Sequence record: DRR723986_5625
Reading direction: 5' to 3' (one strand)
Length of the DNA: 20,000 nucleotides
Shown here piece by piece: positions 1 to 7,775 of this stretch. Position numbers and translations under genes: made by a program. Below the pieces are notes generated by a model, which was given only the letters and a program-made list of their open reading frames with translations, searched no databases and was not told the origin of the DNA. Positions within the stretch are counted from its first letter, which is position 1. Every line of letters begins with the position of its first letter.

Positions 1-922
1 GGCCTGGCGACAGGGCGTTCCACTGGCTAGCCAGCTCATGTCCCCGGGTGACGGTTTGCGCGCTGACCAGGTCGGGGCGCTGCTCGCTGGACCACTGCAG
101 GAAGTTCGCGAAGTGGTTGCGGAAAAAACCGCCGCCGGTGCCGAACTTGACGATCGCGTTGTCGAAGTAGCTTAGATACGGGGCTGGGTCGTCGAGGGTG
201 GGCCAGGCCTGCAGGGCGTCGCGGAACAGGTACAAGCCTTCCAGGCCCGCGGCGCAGACCGGAGAGTTGCCGGAGAAGGCCGCCATCAGCTCCGCCTGCG
301 ACAGGTCCATGCCGAGCATGCGTCGGGTGGTGATGCCCAGGGCGATACCGCAGGCTTCCGGCAGTGAATGACGTACCTGCCCGGAGTGGAATTTGCCCCA
401 GAGGTTATAGGTGCTCAGGGCATTATCCGGATTGCGACTCTGGTGCACTGCTCCGAGACTGCAGGTTTCCGGGTAGGGATTGATGCGGTCCGCAATATAG
501 GCCTCACCCCGGTCCTCATCGAATCCCAGCAGGATGAAGCGGTGGGCAGGGAAGTGCACCTTGTATTCCCGGTAATCGAGATAGTAGATGTCCCCGGACA
601 GCATGGTGGGCCTGCCGGCGGCAATCTCCGCCTTGACCTCCTCCCAGGCCAGGGCGTTGTCAGGCTGGACCTGCTCGGTGTAATCGATGCCCAGGGTCGT
701 GGCGAGGTCCGCCTCCATGGTGGATCCCCGGCCGAAGAGCATATAGGGCGGTTCACTGCCCGCGTAGGTAAAGTACACGCTGTCCAGCCCGGCACCGAGC
801 CCGAACACCACGCCTTCCTCCAGTTCCAGCTTGCAGTAGTGGCGCAGCAGGTTACGCATCGCACCGCTGCCGCAATGTCCCGCGGGGTCAATGCGAAAGT
901 TCTCAATCATCGCCGCTGTCAC
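1..922 (-). CDS. BtrH N-terminal domain / DUF4872 protein (papain-like Cys-His-Asp fold), 3' end beyond the window edge
   Basis: Not in the ORF track because it runs off the left edge. Manual translation from GTG at 922 (AGGAGG 7 nt upstream; alternative ATG at 910): MTAAMIENFRIDPAGHCGSGAMRNLLRHYCKLELEEGVVFGLGAGLD...DIYYLDY...HFPAHRFILLGFD...YIADR...KFGTGGGFFR. The HC, FGLGxG, DxYYLxY, H-xxxxGxD and GTGGGxFR motifs fit the BtrH_N/DUF4872 family. Confidence 0.85.
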   Translation of the reverse strand, partial: MTAAMIENFRIDPAGHCGSGAMRNLLRHYCKLELEEGVVFGLGAGLDSVYFTYAGSEPPYMLFGRGSTMEADLATTLGIDYTEQVQPDNALAWEEVKAEIAAGRPTMLSGDIYYLDYREYKVHFPAHRFILLGFDEDRGEAYIADRINPYPETCSLGAVHQSRNPDNALSTYNLWGKFHSGQVRHSLPEACGIALGITTRRMLGMDLSQAELMAAFSGNSPVCAAGLEGLYLFRDALQAWPTLDDPAPYLSYFDNAIVKFGTGGGFFRNHFANFLQWSSEQRPDLVSAQTVTRGHELASQWNALSPG

Positions 923-964
923 AGCCGTTCCTCCTGAAGCCCGTCACCCTTGGTGCGCCCGGGC

Positions 965-973
965 AGTCTAGCA
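965..973 (-). promoter_or_regulatory. Putative extended -10 element (TG-C-TAGACT) for the BtrH-like gene
   Basis: The minus strand reads TGCTAGACT about 40 nt upstream of the start codon. Motif match only. Confidence 0.35.
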
Positions 974-1002
974 TTGCTTGCGGCGCCAGTTGCCGCTCGA
1001 CC

Positions 1003-1764
1003 TCAGACGCCCAGGGTATAACCCCCGTCGACTACCAGCGTCTGCCCGGTGATGAACGCCGCCTGTTCGCTGCACAGGAACAGCACGGCGCCGGCGATAT
1101 CTTCCGGTGTGCCCCAGCGCTGCAACGGCGTGCGCTGGAGGATGGGCTCGTTCATTTCAGGTATGTCCTGCATGGCGGCGGTCATACGGGTGAGAGTGAG
1201 CCCGGCCGCCACGTTATTGGCCCGGATGCCGTGGCGGGCCCAGCTGAGTCCCAGGGTTTTCGCCAGCTGTGCCAGCGCCGCTTTGGCTGCGCCATACCCG
1301 GGCACCATTTCGTTGGCAAAAAAAGAGGTCAGGGATGCGATGCCTACCACGCAGGCGCCGCCGGGCAGGGAACTGGCCTGCAGGTGCTCAAGACAGGCGT
1401 GACTCATACGGTAGGCCGAGAGCAGGTTGACCTCGACTGCCGCCGCAAACCCTTCCGGGTCCCATTCGTCGCCCGCGGGCATGCTGGCACCGGCGTTATT
1501 GATGAGGATGTCGAGTCGGTCCAGGGAAGCGCCCAACGCTTTGATCGCGTCGGCATCCCGCACCTGCAGGGGGCGATAGTGGAGACCGCTGAGATCGATG
1601 TCAGGGTAGTGCTCCGGGCCTGCCCGGGTACCGGTCACGGTCACCGTGGCGCCGGCGCTTGCGAACTGCCGGGCGATCCCGTGACCGATCCCGCTGGTAC
1701 CACCGGTTACCAAAACATGGGCGCCGGCAAAGTCGAAGCGGCTGGTATTGTGCATTCTCGTCAC
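1003..1764 (-). CDS. Short-chain dehydrogenase/reductase (classical SDR, FabG-like)
   Basis: TGGTSGIG Rossmann motif, NNAG, catalytic YGAAK and C-terminal ITGQTLVVDGG. The start could instead be the ATG at 1755. Confidence 0.93.
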   Translation of the reverse strand: MTRMHNTSRFDFAGAHVLVTGGTSGIGHGIARQFASAGATVTVTGTRAGPEHYPDIDLSGLHYRPLQVRDADAIKALGASLDRLDILINNAGASMPAGDEWDPEGFAAAVEVNLLSAYRMSHACLEHLQASSLPGGACVVGIASLTSFFANEMVPGYGAAKAALAQLAKTLGLSWARHGIRANNVAAGLTLTRMTAAMQDIPEMNEPILQRTPLQRWGTPEDIAGAVLFLCSEQAAFITGQTLVVDGGYTLGV

Positions 1765-1771
1765 CTGTTAT

Positions 1772-3037
1772 TCAGGGTTTGCCCGCAATTTCCGGGAAAG
1801 CCTCAAAGTAGAAATCAAATCGCTCGCGGATGCTCTCGGGCGACACGTCGAACTGGCCCTGCAGATCGTAGACTACCCGGCCGTAGTCGTCCCGGTGCTG
1901 CTCGGAAAACTGGCGTAGCTCTGTCTCGGTAGCCGGACCGAGCTCGAGATCAGCAAGCCGGTAGATGCTGGCTACCGCCGCCAGATCGTCACCGATCAGG
2001 GAATGAAACGGCAGGTCGATACTCTGGTCCGCCGGCAGGCAGTGGCGATCACGCACACAGGCCCGCAGTAAATGCTCTACCCGGTCCGTCCAGTAGGCCA
2101 GTAGTTCCTGCAAGCCTACCTGGCGCCGGTTCATGCGCTGCCCGTAGGCCAGCATGGTGATCGCTGACTGGATCACCGCTACCGGGTCACGGTGGGTGAC
2201 CACGAAAGTGGCATCGGGGAAGGTGTCGCGCAGCACGGGTAACTGCTCCAGGTGTTGGGGGCATTTCAATACCCAGCGTCGGGGACGGTCAGCGTCCCGC
2301 TGTTGCCACAGCAACAGCCGCAGTACGTCTTTCATATATGCGTACTGGTCGTGCTGGTCTTCGGCATAGTAGTGGTCGCGCCAGCGAGGCGAGGGAGCCA
2401 GCCACTCGTAATTATAGGAACCGAAGTTGGGCCCCATGAGTTCCAGCTCTTCGTGGATATGGTCCGGGTTCATGGGGTGCATGGCGGCGAGATGCGGGGT
2501 CATCGCCTGCATCGTGCTCCAGGCGTCGGCGCAGCGCTGGTAACGGGGGTCGGTGCCGGATTCGTCCACCTGCTCCCCGGGCATGGGTACCGGTTCGTAG
2601 GATTCCCACAGCGGCAGGGCGCGCAGTCGTGAGTCCGCTGCCATCAGGTTCAACAGGTGGGTAGTGCCGGAGCGTGGTAGCCCCGCCACGATGATCGGTC
2701 GCTCGATCTGAATCTCGCGAATCTCCGGATGCAGTTTGAACTGCTGCTGAATCAACAGTCGGCTGCAGGCATGCTGGAGCAACTTGTTGCGCAGGCTCAG
2801 GCGACCGATACCGGTGAGCCCGGTATCGGCGTTCCACTCAGTGCACAGCAGGTCAAGTCGGGTGATGAAGTCCCGCTCCCCCCAATCCGACAGGCCGGTA
2901 GTCCGCTCCGCCTCAGCCATGATGCTGGCACGCTGCAGCTCAATGTCCAGGGTCTCGCCGTAGTCCAGGGCGGCGCGCTGGGTCTCGCTGTACACCGGCT
3001 GTGCGAGGTCGTCGATGATGATGTCGGCCAGGGCCAT
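1772..3037 (-). CDS. PAPS-dependent sulfotransferase family protein (Sulfotransfer_3-like)
   Basis: 5'-PSB loop GLPRSGTTHL, WVLKCPQH and 3'-PB motif THRDPVAVIQS. GGGAG Shine-Dalgarno upstream. Confidence 0.9.
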   Translation of the reverse strand: MALADIIIDDLAQPVYSETQRAALDYGETLDIELQRASIMAEAERTTGLSDWGERDFITRLDLLCTEWNADTGLTGIGRLSLRNKLLQHACSRLLIQQQFKLHPEIREIQIERPIIVAGLPRSGTTHLLNLMAADSRLRALPLWESYEPVPMPGEQVDESGTDPRYQRCADAWSTMQAMTPHLAAMHPMNPDHIHEELELMGPNFGSYNYEWLAPSPRWRDHYYAEDQHDQYAYMKDVLRLLLWQQRDADRPRRWVLKCPQHLEQLPVLRDTFPDATFVVTHRDPVAVIQSAITMLAYGQRMNRRQVGLQELLAYWTDRVEHLLRACVRDRHCLPADQSIDLPFHSLIGDDLAAVASIYRLADLELGPATETELRQFSEQHRDDYGRVVYDLQGQFDVSPESIRERFDFYFEAFPEIAGKP

Positions 3038-3053
3038 CGTAAACTCCCTTCGC

Positions 3054-4331
3054 TCAGCTGATCGACAGGGGGAGGGTCTCCCCGTCGCGTAGCAGTTTCA
3101 CCTGGTTTTCCAGCCAGCCGCTGAGCCAGAAATTGTCGCTGCGCTGCAATAGCTGCTCGTGCACGCTGATAGCCAGCGCCCGGGCCTCGGCTTGATCCGG
3201 CGTCGTATCCAGCACCAGGTCGAGCAAGTGCAGGGCCTGCTCACAGGCGCCGGCATCGGCATGCTGGCGGGCGCGTTCGAGCAGGGCATCAGTGCCGGCA
3301 AGCTCCACGAGGTCGGCGTGAACGCTGCGCTGTGGCACGCTGTAAAGTTCGGTGGTGGACTGGTGATGAAACCAGCCGGCGTAGTACTCCCAGATCGAGC
3401 GAACGCCCCAGGATACCTTGCCGTAGCCCTCGCCGACGGCCAGGTGTGGCGGCAGGTCGATAGTCTGCATCAGCTCGTGCAGGTCGTCGCCCCGGTTCAT
3501 TCCTGCGACGGTGGCATCGTGCACATGCATGATCGCGCCGTGCAGGGCAGTCAGTTCCTCTTCGATCAGCGCTTGCCCTTCAATGGGGGCGTGATGACCG
3601 TAGAGGATGGTCGTCGGTTGTAGATCCCGAACCCGCTGCACCGCGTCCGCGCAGACCAGGGCGTCACGATAGCGGTCGCCGCGAACGGTAGACAGGTTGG
3701 GGAAGTGGCCGAACGGGCAGCCGAACAGGTTCCCGGTGAGGCAGATACGGTGCTGCGGTAACCAGATGATCAGGGAGTCGTTGGTTTCCGCGCCGGGGAC
3801 CGCAATCAGTTCCAATTCCAGCCCGCCGAGGGACAGGCTGTGCCGGTCGCTGAAAGTCAGGTCGGGCGATGGCGTGTCCTGGGAGTTGATGTCGCTATAA
3901 CCCTGCTCTGCGTAATAGGCGAAATCCCGGGCGAAGGCGTCGGTGAAGCGGAAGGCGGAGCGACGTGCGCGGAAGCTGGCGAGCCTGGCATCATAGGCCT
4001 GGTGTTCAGCGTTGCCGGCCTGAGCGATGTAGCGCAGGCCGGGGTTGCGATCGCGGAAATATTGCACGCCGCCGACGTGATCCACGTGCCCCTGGGTTGT
4101 GACCAGGTAGCGGATGCAATCGCTGGCGCTGGACAAGGCCTGGTAGTTGCTGAAATGCACCGGGGCCTCGAAGCCCATGCCGCTGTTAACCAGGATATTG
4201 CCCTCGTCGGTTTCCAGCAGATAGGTGTTGGAGCAGCCTTCCGACATCACGATAAAGTCGTTCAGTCGTTCGCCGCCAAAGCGCGCCGCCGCGGGCGCGA
4301 CGGGACGGGATGTGTAAAGCGGAGTGCGCAT
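3054..4331 (-). CDS. MBL-fold alkyl/aryl-sulfatase-like hydrolase with dimerisation domain (variant metal motif)
   Basis: TQGHVDH (HxHxDH-like), PGAETND, FPNLSTVRGDRYRD, YGHH and YGKVSWGVRSIWEYYAGWF are SdsA/BDS1-type motifs. The likely start is ATG 4331 (MRTPLY, GGAG upstream). The track's extension to 4616 overlaps the divergent gene. Confidence 0.85.
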   Translation of the reverse strand: MRTPLYTSRPVAPAAARFGGERLNDFIVMSEGCSNTYLLETDEGNILVNSGMGFEAPVHFSNYQALSSASDCIRYLVTTQGHVDHVGGVQYFRDRNPGLRYIAQAGNAEHQAYDARLASFRARRSAFRFTDAFARDFAYYAEQGYSDINSQDTPSPDLTFSDRHSLSLGGLELELIAVPGAETNDSLIIWLPQHRICLTGNLFGCPFGHFPNLSTVRGDRYRDALVCADAVQRVRDLQPTTILYGHHAPIEGQALIEEELTALHGAIMHVHDATVAGMNRGDDLHELMQTIDLPPHLAVGEGYGKVSWGVRSIWEYYAGWFHHQSTTELYSVPQRSVHADLVELAGTDALLERARQHADAGACEQALHLLDLVLDTTPDQAEARALAISVHEQLLQRSDNFWLSGWLENQVKLLRDGETLPLSIS

Positions 4332-4408
4332 CGATCGATCTCCCAGGGTAAAAACGGCTGCGGGCCTGCGTGTGCTCCGGCTCGCGTCCACTGCCACTGT
4401 CTGCCGGC

Positions 4409-4418
4409 ATGATAAGCT
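4409..4418. promoter_or_regulatory. Possible overlapping divergent -10 elements (TG-A-TAAGCT on +, TATCAT on -)
   Basis: The sequence ATGATAAGCT lies in the short intergenic region between the sulfatase-like and acylase genes. Motif match only. Confidence 0.3.
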
Positions 4419-4449
4419 GCCAGCCTGAATGAGGCTCAGGTTACTGTTA

Positions 4450-6630
4450 ATGGCGTTTTCGGCCAAATTCCACGGTGCTGCGACCGTGCCAAAGCTGCTG
4501 GCAGTGCTGCTGCTGTTCCTGTTGTCGGTTGTGGTGTTGCTGATCCTGCGCAGCCAGCCAGCGGCGGTTGATCGCCAGGCCCTGCTGGCCGCTGCGGCGG
4601 ACTTCGACGTGCGCATCTACCGCGATGACTTTGGTGTGCCCCACGTCTATGGGCAAACTGATGCCGACACAGCGTTTGGCCTGGCTTATGCGCATGCCGA
4701 GGACGATTTCCTCACCATCCAGGAAGTGCTGTTGGCTACCCGCGGTTCGCTGGCGGCGGTGAAAGGCGCTGCCGCGGCGAAAACAGATTACCTGGTGGGC
4801 CTGATGGGGGTGTGGGATGCGGTCAACGCCGGCTATGACAGTTTGCTGTCGCAGCACAGCCGCGATGTGGCAGAGGCCTACGCCCAGGGATTGAACGTTT
4901 ATGCCGCGCAGCATCCGGAAGCGACCCTGCCCTATGTCCTGCCGGTGACCGGGAAAGACATTGTCGCCGGTTTCACCTTCAAGACGCCTTTGTTCTATGG
5001 CTTCGACGAGATTATCGGCGAACTGTTTGCCGGCGATGGGGGGCGCGGGCTGGCGCGCCAGGGAGAGCAGGCCCTGCTGTTCAGTCGCGAGCCACAGCCG
5101 GAAATCGGCAGTCAGGGCGTTGCGGTAGCCCCCGGGCGGTCGGCAGATGGTATGACCCGGCTGCTGGTCAATTCACACCAGCCGCTGACCGGGCCGGTGG
5201 CCTGGTATGAGGCCCGACTGCACTCCGGGGAGGGTTGGGATATGGTTGGCGGCACCTTCCCTGGCAGTCCGCTGATTCTCCATGGGCACAATCGCCACCT
5301 GGGTTGGTCCAATACCGTGAACAAGCCCGACCTGGTCGATGTGTACCGCCTTCAGATGCACCCGCAGGACGACACCCTGTACCGGCTCGATGGCCAGTGG
5401 CGCCGCCTCGAGCAGCAGCCACTGGAGATCCTGGTGCAACTGCTAGGGCCGCTGCGCTGGTGGTTCACCGAGACCCTGTACCGCTCCGAACACGGCCCGG
5501 TGCTGAAGCTGCCGCACGGCACCTTCGCCATTCGTTGGGCGGGGATGGGCGAGATTCGCATGCTGGAACAGATGCTGGCGCTCAATAAGGCGCGCAGCAT
5601 GGGGGAATTCGAGCAGGCGCTGGCAATGCTCGCCCAGCCCAGCATCAACTATGTGTACGCGGACGCCGCGGGCAACATCGCGCATTACTATAATGCGGCC
5701 TTCCCCGATCGCGTGGAGGGCTGGGACTGGCAGCAGGACCTGCCCGGTGATCGCTCCGAACTGATCTGGTCTCGTTACCTGCCGTTCTCCGCTATCCCGA
5801 TGACCAAAAACCCCGCCAGTGGGGTGGTATTCAATGCCAATAACACGCCCTTCGTAGCTTCCGTGGGCGATGGTCAGCCACAGGCGGAGGATTTCAGTCC
5901 GGTGATGGGAATAGAGACCTCGATGACCAACCGGGCGTATCGGCTGCGTCGCCTGCTGGCGGCGGATGACGCGATAAGTCGTGAGGACTTCAGGCGGATC
6001 AAGTACGACCTGAGCTACGACCCGGAATTGCCCGCGCTAGGGGAATTGCGGCAGTTCCTGCAGCGGCGCCAGGCCGATCCGGGTAACTTCGCTGAGCCGC
6101 TGGCCCTGCTGGCTGGCTGGGACTACAGCACCGACCGCGACAACCGGGCGGCACCGCTGGCTTTCCTGACCCTGGCCTCGCGACTTGATTTCCGGGTGCG
6201 GGATGACGCGGCCAGTCTCGATGATGCCTTCGCCGATGCGGTGGCCTACCTGACGCGTCACTTTGGTCGCATTGATCCGAGCTGGGGAGAATTCTACCGC
6301 CACCGTCGTGGCGCGCAGGACTGGCCCATAGACGGGGGGCCGGACATCCTGCGCGCGGTTTACGGCGAGGCGGATCCCGCCAGCGGGCGCTATATCAACC
6401 AGGCCGGTGACAGTTACATCATGTTTGTCGAGTGGGACGAGCGGGGCAGGGTGCACTCAAGTTCGGTTCACAGTTTTGGCAGCGCCACATTGGCGGCGGG
6501 CTCGGCGCACTTCGATGACCAGGTGGAGCTGTTCCTCGAGATGCGCGAGAAGCCGGTCTATCTTGAATTCGAGGAGCTGCGGGGTCATGTGACCCGGTCC
6601 TATACGCCGCTGGAACCGGTGCCGGAGTAG
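4450..6630 (+). CDS. Penicillin/cephalosporin (glutaryl-7-ACA) acylase family Ntn-hydrolase with N-terminal membrane anchor or signal
   Basis: IYRDDFGVPHVYG, FGLAYAHAED, autoproteolysis site G|SQGVAVAPGRS, NSHQP, WYEARL, NYVYAD and NANN. Hydrophobic N-terminus LLAVLLLFLLSVVVLLIL. The start is uncertain (4429, 4450 or GTG 4486). Confidence 0.9.
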   Translation: MAFSAKFHGAATVPKLLAVLLLFLLSVVVLLILRSQPAAVDRQALLAAAADFDVRIYRDDFGVPHVYGQTDADTAFGLAYAHAEDDFLTIQEVLLATRGSLAAVKGAAAAKTDYLVGLMGVWDAVNAGYDSLLSQHSRDVAEAYAQGLNVYAAQHPEATLPYVLPVTGKDIVAGFTFKTPLFYGFDEIIGELFAGDGGRGLARQGEQALLFSREPQPEIGSQGVAVAPGRSADGMTRLLVNSHQPLTGPVAWYEARLHSGEGWDMVGGTFPGSPLILHGHNRHLGWSNTVNKPDLVDVYRLQMHPQDDTLYRLDGQWRRLEQQPLEILVQLLGPLRWWFTETLYRSEHGPVLKLPHGTFAIRWAGMGEIRMLEQMLALNKARSMGEFEQALAMLAQPSINYVYADAAGNIAHYYNAAFPDRVEGWDWQQDLPGDRSELIWSRYLPFSAIPMTKNPASGVVFNANNTPFVASVGDGQPQAEDFSPVMGIETSMTNRAYRLRRLLAADDAISREDFRRIKYDLSYDPELPALGELRQFLQRRQADPGNFAEPLALLAGWDYSTDRDNRAAPLAFLTLASRLDFRVRDDAASLDDAFADAVAYLTRHFGRIDPSWGEFYRHRRGAQDWPIDGGPDILRAVYGEADPASGRYINQAGDSYIMFVEWDERGRVHSSSVHSFGSATLAAGSAHFDDQVELFLEMREKPVYLEFEELRGHVTRSYTPLEPVPE

Positions 6631-6632
6631 CG

Positions 6633-6650
6633 CCAGGCAGCGAGGCCTGG
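6633..6650. terminator. Hairpin between the convergent acylase and devA-like genes
   Basis: CCAGGC-agcgag-GCCTGG in the 29-bp gap, with no U-tract. Confidence 0.25.
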
Positions 6651-6659
6651 GCGACGCGT

Positions 6660-7775
6660 CTAGTGCGGGGTATCAGCTAGCTCGCTGGGTTTGAAATCCT
6701 GCAGCCCGAATTCCCGCGCGATATTCTGAATTTCGACCACTTCCTCAGGGCTGATGTGGCCGTCGGCATTGGCAATCGCGTACAGTGAATCGATAAAATG
6801 CTGGCGACGCTTGTGGTCCAGCTTGGTTCCTTCGGCGCTGTCATCCATGGGCTGCGTTTGGGCGTGACGCTGCATCATCGACAGCTCCATGATGAAGTCC
6901 ACTTCCGACTCGGCAAGGTTGCCGACTTCCAGCAGGATGCCCCGCATTGCCTCGCGCTCTGAGTCGTCGGCGGAGCCATCGGCAAAGGCCACCCGTGACA
7001 GGGCGAAAGACAGGGTGGCGAGGTGGCCGGCGCTGCCCGGATCATGTTTCTCCAGCAGGTTGAGCATCCGGCTGGTACCTTCTGATACCGCCTCGGTAAG
7101 CGTCTTGATACGTCCATCTTCCAGGTGCAGGATGCGGTCCGCCACGTCGAGTATCCGGTTGTCGTGGGTCACCAGCACCACGGCGGCGCCGTCCTCCCGG
7201 GCGAGATCCTGGATCAGTTCGACCACGTCGCGGCCGGACTGCCGGTCCAGCGAGGCGGTGGGCTCATCGGCCAGCACGATGCGGGGACGATTCACCAGTG
7301 CGCGGGCGATGCCGGCACGCTGCTTCTGACCACCGGAGAGCGCTCCCGGCTTCTTATGCGCATGTTCTCCCAGGCCCACTCTCTCCAGGACCGCCTGTGC
7401 GCGCCTGTTGGCTTCGCCGCCATGCACGCCCTCCAGCTGCAGTGCCATGCGGATGTTCTTCTGCACTGACAGGCAGTCCAGCAGGTTGTGCTGCTGAAAG
7501 ATGTAGCCGATCTGGCGGCGCACCGCGGTGCGCCGCTTTTCCGGGCTGTTGTTGAGTTCCTGTCCGAGCACGCTCACCTTACCTTCCTGAGCAGAGCGCA
7601 GGGCGCCGATCAGGGTGAGCAGCGTGGTCTTGCCTGAACCGGACGGGCCGGTCAGGATCACGATCTCACCGGCTTTGATGTCAGTGCTCACCTCGAACAG
7701 GATCTGCTTGCGCAATTGCCCCTTGCCGTAGAAATAGGAGACATCGCTCAGTGAAATAGGGGCATCGCTGCTCAT
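6660..7775 (-). CDS. devA: DevA-family ABC exporter ATP-binding subunit fused to a C-terminal TerB-like domain
   Basis: Walker A GPSGSGKTT, LSGGQKQR, IVLADEPT, VTHD and the DevA-like N-terminus YFYGKGQLRKQILF. The C-terminal ~130 aa contain two TerB-type motifs (VAFADGSADDSE, AIANADGHISPEE). The ATG at 7775 overlaps the upstream stop (TGATG). Confidence 0.88.
   Translation of the reverse strand: MSSDAPISLSDVSYFYGKGQLRKQILFEVSTDIKAGEIVILTGPSGSGKTTLLTLIGALRSAQEGKVSVLGQELNNSPEKRRTAVRRQIGYIFQQHNLLDCLSVQKNIRMALQLEGVHGGEANRRAQAVLERVGLGEHAHKKPGALSGGQKQRAGIARALVNRPRIVLADEPTASLDRQSGRDVVELIQDLAREDGAAVVLVTHDNRILDVADRILHLEDGRIKTLTEAVSEGTSRMLNLLEKHDPGSAGHLATLSFALSRVAFADGSADDSEREAMRGILLEVGNLAESEVDFIMELSMMQRHAQTQPMDDSAEGTKLDHKRRQHFIDSLYAIANADGHISPEEVVEIQNIAREFGLQDFKPSELADTPH

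Noticed and set aside
368..937. Track ORFs 368..937 (+) and 415..906 (-)
   Set aside because: These are antisense and off-frame shadows of the BtrH-like gene, which has family motifs and a strong Shine-Dalgarno.
4332..4616. N-terminal 95-aa extension of the sulfatase-like ORF
   Set aside because: It overlaps the divergent acylase gene and is low-complexity. The family-like sequence begins at ATG 4331.
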